Shown: piece after piece, positions 27,594 to 37,037 of the stretch
Numbering within the stretch: position 1 is the first letter of the stretch
Layout of the letters: each line of letters starts with the position of its first letter
DNA from: Alphaproteobacteria bacterium
GTDB taxonomy: Bacteria > Pseudomonadota > Alphaproteobacteria > Micavibrionales > UBA2020
Length of the DNA: 64,000 nt
Direction: 5' to 3'
Assembly: GCA_041287865.1 (NCBI GenBank)
Contig: JBGGMV010000037.1
Location: 4,614-68,613 of the forward strand
The notes under the pieces: generated by a model
What the model was told of the DNA's origin: nothing
Seen by the model: the letters and a program-made list of their open reading frames with translations, nothing else
Databases searched by the model: none
Made by a program: the position numbers and the translations under genes

Positions 27594-28135
27594 GCGGTTT
27601 TCTCCAATGATATCAGGAATTCTTCCGTCGCCTTGGGCGACTGCAGCCGAATATAGCGGACGGAAGGGTTTTTTCCAGCCCCGGCAAAATGTTCTTCATA
27701 CCTTTTTTCCAGCCGCCAGTAGCTCTGGAACAGCCAGACAATGATGCTTTTTTTCGAAAACATCAGCCGCCAGCTTTCGGTATTGCCGTTGCAAACGGGA
27801 TTCTTGTCGACCGCGCGCATGATTGACCTGCGCAACAGCTGCCAGAGCACGCGCGGGAAAGAATAATTGATCCAGATAAAGGCATCGGCGCGCGGCCAGA
27901 TGGCGTCTTTGACCTTGGAATAATTTCCCATGATGATCCACTTGTCTTCCGCCGCGGCCGCTTGCGCCAATACCAGCATTTCCTCGGGTGTGCGGTTCAG
28001 CCACGCGCCTTCTGAGGCCGGTTTCCAGTGCAGGTCGTCAAGGTCGACGGGCTTCAGGCCCAGCTTTTCCGCAAGCCTGAATCCCAAAGTCGTTTTGCCG
28101 GAGCCGGTGGGGCCGAGGATGACGATGCGCTTCAT
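27590..28135 (-). CDS. P-loop NTPase, adenylate-kinase/topology-modulation-protein-like
   Basis: The internal start MKRIVILGPTGSGKTTLG of ORF 27590-28426 was chosen because the upstream 97 codons are antisense to the MFS gene. Overlaps the OYE start by 4 nt. Confidence 0.7.
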   Translation of the reverse strand: MKRIVILGPTGSGKTTLGFRLAEKLGLKPVDLDDLHWKPASEGAWLNRTPEEMLVLAQAAAAEDKWIIMGNYSKVKDAIWPRADAFIWINYSFPRVLWQLLRRSIMRAVDKNPVCNGNTESWRLMFSKKSIIVWLFQSYWRLEKRYEEHFAGAGKNPSVRYIRLQSPKATEEFLISLEKTA

Positions 28136-28202
28136 AATGCCGCCGAGTATAGCCTTTCCCTCGCCGCTTAAAAAGCCTAACATATCCGGACAGGTGGACG
28201 TT

Positions 28203-29378
28203 ATGTCACTGAAAAAAATGCCAAAAGGGATTATCGCGCTCGGTTTTGTATCCATGTTCATGGATATATCGTCGGAGATGATCCACAGCATCCTGCCCGT
28301 CTTCATGATGACGGTGCTGCATACATCTGCCCTGTGGGTCGGCATCGTCGAGGGCATCGCTGAATCGACCGCCGCGATCGTCAAAATATTCTCCGGCGCA
28401 ATCAGCGACTGGATCGGCAAGCGCAAGCCGCTGCTGCTGCTGGGCTATGGCCTTGCGACCGTCACACGCCCCCTCTTCCCCATCGCCGAAACCATCCACA
28501 TGGTGCTACTGGCGCGCTTTACCGACCGCATCGGCAAGGGCATACGCGTCGCACCGCGCGACGCTTTCGTGGCCGACCTCACCACGCCGGAAAATCGCGG
28601 CGCGGCTTATGGGCTGCGGCAGACGATGGATACCATCGGCGCCTTTCTGGGCCCGCTGATCGCCATTCTGCTGATGCTTTGGACGGCGAATGATTTTAGG
28701 TTCGTCTTCTGGGCGGCGATGATACCGGCAGTCATGGTTTTGCTGATTATCATCTTTGCGGTCAAGGAACCGCCGCGCGCGAAAGAGACGGAGAAAAAAC
28801 CCTTCCCGCTGAAGAAAAGCCAGTTGAAACTGCTGGGCCGCGCCTTCTGGTTCGTGACCATCCTCGGCTCTGTCCTGACGCTGGCGCGGTTTTCGGATGC
28901 CTTTCTGATCCTGCGCGGCGACAGCCTTGGTCTTTCCGCCGCCTATGCGCCGGCGATTTTAATTGCGATGAATGTCGTCTATTCGCTGTCGGCATGGCCG
29001 GCGGGCGTGCTTTCTGACCGTATCGGGAGGACGGGGATGCTGGCCGCCGGCATCATTGTATTGATTGCGGCCGACCTTGTGCTGGCGCAGGCGGCGGGGC
29101 CGGTATTGCTGTTTCTGGGCGCTGGATTATGGGGACTGCATATGGGGCTGACGCAGGGCATTTTAACCGCCCTCGTCGCCGACGCCGCGCCCGCCCACCT
29201 GCGCGGCACCGCCTTTGGCATGTACAACCTGATGACAGGCGTGGCATTGTTATTGGCAAGCGTCCTTGCGGGGGCACTGTGGAAATTCCACGGGCCGGCG
29301 CATGCCTTTATCGCCGGCGCGGGTTTTTCGGCGCTGTCGCTGGTGGGTTTCCTGCTGCTGAAAGGGAAGAAAGCATGA
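28203..29378 (+). CDS. MFS transporter
   Basis: The internal start MSLKKMPKGIIALGFVSMFMD of ORF 27930-29378 was chosen. About 12 predicted TM helices and an MFS loop motif, DRIGKGIR. Confidence 0.85.
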   Translation: MSLKKMPKGIIALGFVSMFMDISSEMIHSILPVFMMTVLHTSALWVGIVEGIAESTAAIVKIFSGAISDWIGKRKPLLLLGYGLATVTRPLFPIAETIHMVLLARFTDRIGKGIRVAPRDAFVADLTTPENRGAAYGLRQTMDTIGAFLGPLIAILLMLWTANDFRFVFWAAMIPAVMVLLIIIFAVKEPPRAKETEKKPFPLKKSQLKLLGRAFWFVTILGSVLTLARFSDAFLILRGDSLGLSAAYAPAILIAMNVVYSLSAWPAGVLSDRIGRTGMLAAGIIVLIAADLVLAQAAGPVLLFLGAGLWGLHMGLTQGILTALVADAAPAHLRGTAFGMYNLMTGVALLLASVLAGALWKFHGPAHAFIAGAGFSALSLVGFLLLKGKKA

Positions 29379-29848
29379 ACGAGCATACATTGCAGGTCTG
29401 GGAACTGGCGAGCTATGTCGTGACCGTGATCGGCCTGCCCTATGCCATCGCCATGTTCGCGTTCGACAGCTACAAGGAGCGCCAGCTGGAGAACGAGGAG
29501 CTCTATCAGGCGCTGGCCGAGGAATACGCCAAGTTCGGCAACCTGATGATCGAAAACGCCGATTTGCAGCTGATGACCGGCGGCGTGCCCGACGAGAAAC
29601 TCAATACCGAGCAGAAAGAGCGCAAGACCGTGATTTTCGACATGCTGGTCGCGCTGTTCGAACGCGCCTACATCCTTGTCTACGAGGAAAAGATGGACAA
29701 GCAGACGAAACGCCTTTGGGCGACCTGGGAAGACTATATAAAATTCTGGTGCCAGCGCGAGGATTTCAAGCGCGCGCTGCCCGGCCTGCTGGTGGGCGAG
29801 GATGCCGATTTTTCGGGCTATATCCGCAAAACCGCGGGAATCAATTAA
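29375..29848 (+). CDS. Hypothetical protein with N-terminal TM helix (157 aa)
   Basis: The start MNEHTLQVWELASYVVTVIGLPYAIAMFAF overlaps the MFS stop (ATGA). No family recognised. Confidence 0.5.
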   Translation: MNEHTLQVWELASYVVTVIGLPYAIAMFAFDSYKERQLENEELYQALAEEYAKFGNLMIENADLQLMTGGVPDEKLNTEQKERKTVIFDMLVALFERAYILVYEEKMDKQTKRLWATWEDYIKFWCQREDFKRALPGLLVGEDADFSGYIRKTAGIN

Positions 29849-29868
29849 TTTTTTAAGGAGTAAAAATC

Positions 29869-30285
29869 ATGACATTGCTTTACACAGCACGCGCAACCGT
29901 CACCGGCGGCAGGGATGGCAAGGCGGAAACCGACGATGGCAAGCTGGCGATCACCCTCTCCCGCCCGGGCGGCGGCGGCACGGGCACGAACCCCGAACAA
30001 TTATTCGCGGCAGGCTATGCCGCCTGCTTCGGCGGCGCATTGTCTTACGTCGCGGGCCAGCGAAAGCTGGAAACCGGCGCGATCACCATCCATTCCGAAG
30101 TGACGCTGAACCAGAACGAACAAGGATTTTTCATCGCAGCCCAGCTGAACGTGCAGATGGCCGGCATCGACGAAAAAACCGGCGCGGTGCTGGTGCAGGA
30201 CGCGCACAAGGTCTGCCCCTATTCCAAGGCGACGAAGGGCAACATCACCGTGACGCTGAAGCTGAACGGCAAGCCCGTCACCTAG
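29869..30285 (+). CDS. ohr: Organic hydroperoxide resistance protein (Ohr/OsmC family)
   Basis: 138 aa with TNPEQLFAAGYAACFGGAL and AHKVCPYSKAT, which carry the two catalytic Cys. Confidence 0.9.
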   Translation: MTLLYTARATVTGGRDGKAETDDGKLAITLSRPGGGGTGTNPEQLFAAGYAACFGGALSYVAGQRKLETGAITIHSEVTLNQNEQGFFIAAQLNVQMAGIDEKTGAVLVQDAHKVCPYSKATKGNITVTLKLNGKPVT

Positions 30286-30411
30286 GCCTGATTCCGTCAA
30301 TCTATATTGACATATAATTTTTCACGCGCGATGGCCCTTCGCATCTGCCGCTGGCTTATCCCCTGCGTTGGGATAAGATATTGGCAGGGTTTATCCGGGG
30401 GTATCGCCATC

Positions 30412-31386
30412 ATGCTGAAAATATCTTTTGCCGCTCTGTGCCTGTCATTGCTGATGCTGGCCCGCCCCGCTTGCGCCGAGCCGCCGGCGCAGGCCGTTAT
30501 CGGCACGGTGATGGAGGTGGAGGGGCAGGCCTGGATATCCTCTCCCGTCACCAAGACGAAAACGGCGGCGAAGGTCGAAACCCCACTGCATATCAACGAC
30601 GTCATCGACACCGGCCCCAAGTCGCGCGTCTTTATCCTCTTCATCGACAACACGCAGATCACCCTGTCGGCCAATACCAAGTTCCGCGCCGAGGACTATG
30701 TCTTCGACGAAAGCGCGCCCGCGTACAACAAGGCGCGGTATAACGTGATGAGCGGGACGTTCCAGTATCTGAGCGGCGCGCTGGGCAAGACCAAGGATCC
30801 GGATGTCGAGATCGAGACGCCCTATGGCGCGATCGGCATCCGCGGCACGAAATTCTGGGCCGGCGAAATCGAAAACGCCTATGGCGTCAACGTGCAGGAA
30901 GGCCGCGTGCGCGTGCGCAACGAGGGTGGCGAAGTCTTCGTCGACAAAGGCAAGGGCACATCGCTCAAAAGCCGCAAGCAAAAACCCTCCGCCGCCGTTC
31001 CATGGCCCGCGAAACAACTCCAGCTGATTGCGGCCACCGTCTTGCTGTCGCGGCAGGACGACGTGCTGAAGCGCGTCATGGGTTTCCAGGGCAAAAACAA
31101 CATGCTGCGCGGCCAGTTCAAGGATTTCCTGAAGATCAACGGCGGAATACCCGGCATGAACAATGTGCCCGGCAACATGGTGCCCGGCCAGATAGTCCCG
31201 GGCCAGAAGGGCGGCATGCTGTTTGATATTCCGGGAGGCACCGCGCCGGTCAAGAACAGGGCGACCGTCGCCCCCGGCACCAGAACAAAAGCCGGCAATC
31301 GCACTGCGCCTGCAGAGGCAGTGCCGTCCACGCCAAGCCCCCGGGCTCCCTCGCCCTTTAAAATGTTCAAGGTTCCGGGCCTATGA
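30412..31386 (+). CDS. Secreted FecR-domain protein with Pro/Gly-rich C-terminus
   Basis: The internal start MLKISFAALCLSLLMLARPACA-EP (signal peptide) of ORF 30307-31386 was chosen. FecR-like block: GTVMEVEGQAWISS..PLHINDVIDTGPKSRVFILFIDNTQITLSANTKF. The tail has PGNMVPGQIVPGQ repeats. Confidence 0.7.
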   Translation: MLKISFAALCLSLLMLARPACAEPPAQAVIGTVMEVEGQAWISSPVTKTKTAAKVETPLHINDVIDTGPKSRVFILFIDNTQITLSANTKFRAEDYVFDESAPAYNKARYNVMSGTFQYLSGALGKTKDPDVEIETPYGAIGIRGTKFWAGEIENAYGVNVQEGRVRVRNEGGEVFVDKGKGTSLKSRKQKPSAAVPWPAKQLQLIAATVLLSRQDDVLKRVMGFQGKNNMLRGQFKDFLKINGGIPGMNNVPGNMVPGQIVPGQKGGMLFDIPGGTAPVKNRATVAPGTRTKAGNRTAPAEAVPSTPSPRAPSPFKMFKVPGL

Positions 31387-32546
31387 CGCAGCAAAACGTC
31401 TCCCTGCGCAAATGGCTCGGCGATAAATTTTCCACGCGGTCGGGCACCCGAGCGCTGATCAGCCCGGGGATGGATTTCCTGCTGGTGGGCGGGCTTTCCT
31501 GCATCACGCTGGCGATCTATTTCCTGATCAGCGACGGTTTCAAGATCGAGGTCAAGGACGAAACCTATATCGTCGCCGCCTGGCTTTCCTTCGTCATCAA
31601 CTACCCGCATTTCGCCTATTCCTACATGCTGTTCTACAAGGGTTTCGTCGCGCGCCTCTTCGCGCCGGAAACAGAATTCTGGAGCCGCGTGAGGATGTCC
31701 ATCGCCGGGCTTTTCGTACCCGCGCTGATGCTCGCCTATTTCGTCCGCGCCTATGTGACGCAAAACCCCGAATACATCATGTGGGCGCTGTTCACGATGA
31801 TCTTTACCGTCGGCTGGCACTACGTGAAGCAGGCCTACGGCGTACTGATCACCATGTCCGTCTACCGCAATATTTTCTATGCGACCTGGGAAAAGCGGAT
31901 TTTGTGGATCAATGCCTATGCCGTCTGGGCCTATTCGTGGTGCCGCACCAACAGCACCGGCAACGACATCCCCTATCGCCATATCCAGATGAAATCCTTC
32001 AAGTTCCCGCTGGAAGTGATAGACGGCAGTTTCTATTTCGCCTGCTTCACCACCGCCGCCTGCATCGCCATCGTGCTGAACCGCTGGCTGTCGGAGAACA
32101 GGGGAATATCGGTGAACGCCGTCATCGGCTATGCCTGCGGGATTTACATGTGGGTGATGATACCCTTCATGAACATGGCTTTCTATATCCTGATCCCGAT
32201 GTTCCATTCCCTGCAATACCTGCCCTTCGTCTACAAATTCAAGAAATCGGAGCTGGTGCGGGAGCTGGAACGCCCGCTTGGCGACTACAAGCGCTCGCGC
32301 CGCAACTTCATCATCCATGCGCTGCTGTTTACCGTCACGGGCGGCGTGCTGGGGCTGTTGTTCTTTGAAACCATCCCCAACCTGCTGGACGATCATTACA
32401 GCACGAAGCTTGAATACGCGGGGCTGGACCCGCTGTTCTTCTTCTTCGCCTTTACCGTCTTCATCAACGTCCACCATTTCTTCATCGACAGCGCCTTCTG
32501 GCGCCGCGACAACAGGGACGCGCAGAAGAACCTGTTCAGGGCGTGA
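31383..32546 (+). CDS. Polytopic membrane protein with four conserved His motifs (paralogue A)
   Basis: 387 aa with about 9-10 hydrophobic helices. Motifs YPHFAYSYMLFY, GWHYVKQAYGVLIT, PMFHSLQYLPFVYKFK and NVHHFFIDSAFWRRDN. The ATG overlaps the FecR-like stop (ATGA). Family not recognised. Confidence 0.75.
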   Translation: MTQQNVSLRKWLGDKFSTRSGTRALISPGMDFLLVGGLSCITLAIYFLISDGFKIEVKDETYIVAAWLSFVINYPHFAYSYMLFYKGFVARLFAPETEFWSRVRMSIAGLFVPALMLAYFVRAYVTQNPEYIMWALFTMIFTVGWHYVKQAYGVLITMSVYRNIFYATWEKRILWINAYAVWAYSWCRTNSTGNDIPYRHIQMKSFKFPLEVIDGSFYFACFTTAACIAIVLNRWLSENRGISVNAVIGYACGIYMWVMIPFMNMAFYILIPMFHSLQYLPFVYKFKKSELVRELERPLGDYKRSRRNFIIHALLFTVTGGVLGLLFFETIPNLLDDHYSTKLEYAGLDPLFFFFAFTVFINVHHFFIDSAFWRRDNRDAQKNLFRA

Positions 32547-32550
32547 GTAA

Positions 32551-33639
32551 ATGACCGAGGCTGCCGTCCGCACCCGCGCGCTGATTTCTCCGCAGGCCGA
32601 TTTCTGGCTGCTGGGCGGGGCCTCGCTGCTCAGCTTTTTTCTTTATCTGACCGTGCTGCCCTATGTGGACCGCGAATTCCGCAAGGCGCTGCCGGTCATC
32701 ATCATCACGCTGTCCTTCGTGATGTCGTATCCGCACTTCGCCTATTCATACCTGCTGTTCTATCGCGGCTTTACCGGGCGCCTGTTTGGCGAGGGCACGG
32801 AATTTTTTAGCCGCATCCGCCATGCCCTGGCAGGCATCATCGTGCCGGCAGCGCTGGCGGCCTATTTCGCCGTGACATTCCACGAGCGTGATACATCAAT
32901 GGTGGGCTGGGGCTATTTCGTCATGCTGTTCACCGTCGGCTGGCACTACGTCAAGCAGGGCTACGGCGTGCTGATAACACTGTCGCTCTACAAGGGCGTT
33001 TTCTACGGCGTGTGGGAAAAACGCGCGCTCTGGATCAATGCCTATGCCGTCTGGCTCTGGTCATGGGCGGCGGCCAACAACGCGCTGGCGGCGCAGGTGG
33101 TGGATAAAAACTATCCGCCGGGACTTTACCCATCAATCCCCCTGCCCGACTGGGTCGTGACCTATGGCGGCGTTTTCGCCTGCATTACCACGCTCGCGGC
33201 GGCAGCCGTCGTGCTGGCGCCGTGGCTGGAAGGAGAAAAGAAAATATCGGTTAACGCCGTGGTGGGTTATGTGTCGGCTATCTACATGTGGGTGCTGATG
33301 CCGCGCATCGACATGATGTTCTATGCCATCGTACCGCTGTTCCACGGCCTTCAATACCTGCCCTTCGTCTATAAATTCAAGCGCGAGGAATTCAGGAAGA
33401 TGACAAGCGCGCGCGGTGCGGCGGCTTTCACGCTGCTGGGCCTGTTTGCGGGGGCGGTGCTGATGGAGTTTTTCCCAAAGGCGCTCGACCGCAACTTCGG
33501 CATCACGGGCCTCTCTTACGAGCCGAAATTTTACCTGACGTCCTTTATCATTTTTATCAACGTGCATCATTTCTTCATCGACGCCGCTTTCTGGCGGCGC
33601 GACAATAAAGACGTGCAGAATTACCTGTTTAAGGCTTAA
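32551..33639 (+). CDS. Polytopic membrane protein with four conserved His motifs (paralogue B)
   Basis: 362 aa, collinear with paralogue A. It carries the same motifs: YPHFAYSYLLFY, GWHYVKQGYGVLIT, PLFHGLQYLPFVYKFK and NVHHFFIDAAFWRRDN. Confidence 0.75.
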   Translation: MTEAAVRTRALISPQADFWLLGGASLLSFFLYLTVLPYVDREFRKALPVIIITLSFVMSYPHFAYSYLLFYRGFTGRLFGEGTEFFSRIRHALAGIIVPAALAAYFAVTFHERDTSMVGWGYFVMLFTVGWHYVKQGYGVLITLSLYKGVFYGVWEKRALWINAYAVWLWSWAAANNALAAQVVDKNYPPGLYPSIPLPDWVVTYGGVFACITTLAAAAVVLAPWLEGEKKISVNAVVGYVSAIYMWVLMPRIDMMFYAIVPLFHGLQYLPFVYKFKREEFRKMTSARGAAAFTLLGLFAGAVLMEFFPKALDRNFGITGLSYEPKFYLTSFIIFINVHHFFIDAAFWRRDNKDVQNYLFKA

Positions 33640-34061
33640 GAGATTTTTTTCAGCAGGGCGTCGAAATCGTAAGACAGGCCCGCCTCTTCCTTATCCGCCC
33701 AGTAGAGATCGAAGGCAACCGGCGTTTTGTCTTCGCCCGAAGGAGTCATTTCCCAGTGCCGCCATTTTTCAGGCGCAGGGTTGGCGCATTGCAGGTGGAA
33801 GAAATGACGTTCATGCACTTCGCCGCCGCGGCCCACTTTCGCTGCGTCAAAATCTTCGGCACCCAGATACTTCACCAACTGCAGGCCTTTAAGGCCGGTT
33901 TCTTCCTCGGCTTCGCGCAAAACAGCTTCCGGCAGTTCTTCTTCGGCTTCGACGGTGCCGGCGGGAACCTGCACGCCTGCCTCAGGATAATCGCGGTGGT
34001 TGAAGACCAGCAGCTTGTCGCCCAGCGTGATATAGGCAACGACTTTGCGAACGCGGCTCAT
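33636..34061 (-). CDS. NUDIX hydrolase
   Basis: 141 aa with Nudix box GTVEAEEELPEAVLREAEEETGL. Confidence 0.85.
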   Translation of the reverse strand: MSRVRKVVAYITLGDKLLVFNHRDYPEAGVQVPAGTVEAEEELPEAVLREAEEETGLKGLQLVKYLGAEDFDAAKVGRGGEVHERHFFHLQCANPAPEKWRHWEMTPSGEDKTPVAFDLYWADKEEAGLSYDFDALLKKIS

Positions 34062-34070
34062 GGATAATCC

Positions 34071-34394
34071 TTAAGGTACGATAGCGGGAACGGTTGTCGG
34101 GGTGGCCGCAGTTTCCGGTTTCTGGCGCAAGGAGTCGAGTTCTTTTTCCAGCCGCGCGGTCTTGCGGCTTTCCTGCCAGAGTTTCAGGCGGATTTTCTGG
34201 TACTGGATCCAGACAAACAGCGCCCCCAGCAAAAACCCGATGCCGAGCATCGCAAGGCCGAAAATATTGACCCCGAAATCTACTTTGTTTTCAAAGGGCC
34301 AGAGCCCAAGCGTGACGATGCCGGTATTCGACAGCGAAAAAAGCCCAGCGAAAATGGTGAGCGGAATGGTGATAAGGAGCGTGATATAGGCCAT
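34071..34394 (-). CDS. LapA/DUF1049-family inner-membrane protein
   Basis: 107 aa with two TM helices followed by a coiled-coil. Its position directly downstream of ihfB is conserved in alphaproteobacteria. Confidence 0.7.
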   Translation of the reverse strand: MAYITLLITIPLTIFAGLFSLSNTGIVTLGLWPFENKVDFGVNIFGLAMLGIGFLLGALFVWIQYQKIRLKLWQESRKTARLEKELDSLRQKPETAATPTTVPAIVP

Positions 34395-34437
34395 TTATCC
34401 CCCTTTATAATCAGCGGTTTAAGGGGCGTAAGGACGC

Positions 34438-34749
34438 TTAGTCCTTCATATCGTCTTCGTCATCGGAGACGATGCCGTTCAGGCGCTCGTGCATTTTCTT
34501 GCCGATTTTGAAGAAGGGCACGCGCTTGTTCTCGACCTTCACGGTCTCGCCGGTGCGCGGGTTGCGGCCCATGCGGGCCTTGCGCTGCTTCACCGAGAAA
34601 GCCCCGAAACCGCGCAGTTCAACGCGGCTGCCGTTCGCCAATGCCTTTGTAATCTCTTCAAAAATCGTGTCCACGATCTGCTCCGCATGGCTCTGGTAGA
34701 GGTGCGGGTTCAGCTCGGCGAGCTTGAGGATCAGTTCAGATTTTGTCAT
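34438..34749 (-). CDS. ihfB: Integration host factor beta subunit
   Basis: 103 aa. [12 protein letters not shown]...[29 protein letters not shown]. Acidic C-terminal tail. Confidence 0.9.
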   Translation of the reverse strand: MTKSELILKLAELNPHLYQSHAEQIVDTIFEEITKALANGSRVELRGFGAFSVKQRKARMGRNPRTGETVKVENKRVPFFKIGKKMHERLNGIVSDDEDDMKD

Positions 34750-34864
34750 GGCGACAGGGTCCTTGATTGAAAATCAACGCTATCAGAGTCTTAGCGTGCC
34801 AAGCTTTCGGTTCCCCGTCAAGCAAAAACCAGAAAAAAACACGTGAAATCAAATGAATAAAAGG

Positions 34865-36118
34865 TTAAAGCCGCCCGTCCCGTAAAATCCGGGGCGGATT
34901 GCCGCCCAAACCCATCGCCTGGCGGGCAAAAAAGGCCTTCAGGGGGGGTATTTTGTCAACGATGCCAATCCCGAGGTCTCGAATCGTGGCGACCGAGACG
35001 AGGTTATTCGAGAAGAGCCGATTAAGCAGGTCGGTGAAACCCGCCATCAATAATGTATCGGTGCGCCGCCATTGTTCATAATCAGCCAAAAGTGCGCCCG
35101 AGCCGATATCGATTCCCAGTTTCAGACGGTCGACCACCAGTTCGGACAGCACGGCCACGTCGCGCATCGACAGGTTCAGCCCCTGCCCCGCAATCGGGTG
35201 GATCACATGCGCGGCTTCGGCCATCAGCGCGCAGCGTTTGCCTGTATATGATGTCGCGTGCATGAGCGAGAGCGGATAGCCCATCGGCTTCGACACTGCG
35301 CGCACATTGCCCAGATGCTCGCCGAAAAGCTTTTGCAGCTCGTCATTAAAATCATCCGGCGACAGCGCGAGGAATTTCTTCGCGTCCTTTTCCTCGACCG
35401 TCCAGACGACGGAGGAACGATGGTTTCCATCGGCATCATCCGCCATCGGCAGCACAGCGAAGGGGCCCGCGGGCAGGAAATGCTCCAGCGCCACGTTTTC
35501 ATGGTCTATTTCATGGGCGGCGTTGCAGACGATCGCAATCTGCCCGTAAGACCACTGTTTTACATCGATGCCCAGCCAGTCACGCGTGGCGGACCCACGG
35601 CCATCCGCACCGATCAGCAGCGAGGCGGAAACGCTGCGGCCGTCTTTCAATTTCACGCCCGCCACCGCGTCATCGGCGAAGAAAGACGCAATTTCAACAG
35701 GCGCGAGGTGCTTAACGTTTTTAAAGCGCGAGAGGTTCTTGAACAGCGCACGGCGCAGCAGCAGGTTCTCGATGATCCAGCCGAAGGGCTCGCCATTGCC
35801 GTCCTGATCGGTCGCAAAATGCAGGAACAGCGGCGATGCGCCGTCGGCCACGCGGATGTCGAGGATGGGCGAGCAGTTATCTTCCATCGCAGCCCAGACA
35901 CCGGCCGCCTGCAACACCTTGTGCGAGGCATATGATATGGCGGTGGTGCGGCCATCGTAATTGTCGTTGAGGTGGACGGAGGGCGGCGCGCGGTCGATGA
36001 TGATCGTCTCCACCCCCGCTTCGCCCAAGACACCCGCCAGCGACAGGCCCGCAAGGCCGCCGCCGATAATCAGCACGTCGCAGCGCAGTGTATTTTTAGG
36101 GGTCTTTTCTTTCGCCAT
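34865..36118 (-). CDS. UbiH/UbiF/VisC/COQ6-family FAD-dependent ubiquinone hydroxylase
   Basis: 417 aa with the FAD fingerprint DVLIIGGGLAGLSLAGVLGEAG and AHVIHPIAGQGLNLSMRD. Confidence 0.9.
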   Translation of the reverse strand: MAKEKTPKNTLRCDVLIIGGGLAGLSLAGVLGEAGVETIIIDRAPPSVHLNDNYDGRTTAISYASHKVLQAAGVWAAMEDNCSPILDIRVADGASPLFLHFATDQDGNGEPFGWIIENLLLRRALFKNLSRFKNVKHLAPVEIASFFADDAVAGVKLKDGRSVSASLLIGADGRGSATRDWLGIDVKQWSYGQIAIVCNAAHEIDHENVALEHFLPAGPFAVLPMADDADGNHRSSVVWTVEEKDAKKFLALSPDDFNDELQKLFGEHLGNVRAVSKPMGYPLSLMHATSYTGKRCALMAEAAHVIHPIAGQGLNLSMRDVAVLSELVVDRLKLGIDIGSGALLADYEQWRRTDTLLMAGFTDLLNRLFSNNLVSVATIRDLGIGIVDKIPPLKAFFARQAMGLGGNPPRILRDGRL

Positions 36119-36226
36119 TTGGCACCTTTTCTGCCGGGAGACTAGCCGATTTAAACCCTTGCTGCATCAGGAAAAACAGCCCCCAAGTTGACAGGCGTGC
36201 GATGATACCGCAAACTTGTCTTACCA

Positions 36227-36934
36227 ATGGAAAAACCCAAGCGAAAGCGATCGCTTACAAGGAAATTCACCATGGCCGTGCTGGGCCTGACGGCCACGGC
36301 AGCCTGCCTTTACGGCGCATGGTTCGGGGCCTTCTATGCCGGACGCGGCGATACGCTGACGCCAAGCGAGACATCCGCCGTCACCTCCATCTTCGGCGAT
36401 GAAATCAACGCCAATGCGATCCGCAAGCACGAACGCTCCGAGGCCAGCGCGACGCATCTTTTCCGCTGGGTCGACGGCATGGTGCCGCCGCCCTTCAGCC
36501 ATATCGATTTCTTCGGCCCCGATGCGCATGCGCGCGATTACACGCGCGAAGATAAACGGCTTTTCTCGCTGTTTATGCACGAAGTTACGCATGCATGGCA
36601 GGGCCAGAACTTCAACTTCTCGCGCCACAATGTGGGCCAGTATGCCTATAGCCTGAAAGAAGGCTCCAAATTCTCCGACTTCGGCACCGAGCAGCAGGCC
36701 GATATCATCAGCGATTACGCCGGCACCTTCATGCATCAATCCAGCATCGGGAAGGAGCGCAGCCCAGAAGATATATTGTTAAGGGATGTCGTCGAAACCC
36801 GCTTCCCCAGTGCGCGTGACACCCGCCTGTCGATGGAGGCGGGCCGTATGGCCGCCTTCCGCAACGAGGCCCAGCCTGTCCGCGTGGCCCAGCCCACGCC
36901 CACCCCCCCGCCCTCCATCCCCAAAACCGCCTGA
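36227..36934 (+). CDS. Membrane-anchored HExxHxxQ (DUF4157-like zincin motif) protein, paralogue 1
   Basis: 235 aa with an N-terminal TM (FTMAVLGLTATAACLYGAWFGAFYA). Motifs IFGDEINANAIRKH ... IDFFGPDAHARDY ... LFMHEVTHAWQGQN. Confidence 0.7.
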   Translation: MEKPKRKRSLTRKFTMAVLGLTATAACLYGAWFGAFYAGRGDTLTPSETSAVTSIFGDEINANAIRKHERSEASATHLFRWVDGMVPPPFSHIDFFGPDAHARDYTREDKRLFSLFMHEVTHAWQGQNFNFSRHNVGQYAYSLKEGSKFSDFGTEQQADIISDYAGTFMHQSSIGKERSPEDILLRDVVETRFPSARDTRLSMEAGRMAAFRNEAQPVRVAQPTPTPPPSIPKTA

Positions 36935-37037
36935 CCCCCCCTTTTCGGCCCCCTATCCGGCCTTTTTTCGACTTAATCGTTGACATTATGAATAATAATT
37001 CGCTATCCTGAAGCCTTCAAAAAACAAGGACGTCCTG

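Noticed and set aside
26100-27656. 518-aa ORF on the plus strand
   Set aside because: It is antisense to the Old Yellow Enzyme and GNAT genes, which have clear family motifs.
27590-29378. Long N-terminal extensions of ORFs 27590-28426 and 27930-29378 (and likewise 17471-18361, 38417-39745, 48367-49782, 30307-31386, 29129-29848)
   Set aside because: The extensions overlap neighbouring, better-supported genes or lack family similarity. Internal ATGs give canonical N-termini (P-loop, MFS, ANK, ArgE, RadA zinc finger, signal peptide), so I used the shorter starts.
30879-32573. 564-aa ORF on the minus strand
   Set aside because: It is antisense to the FecR-like gene and to membrane paralogue A. 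The plus-strand products have a signal peptide, TM helices and a conserved paralogue, so the plus strand is the coding one.
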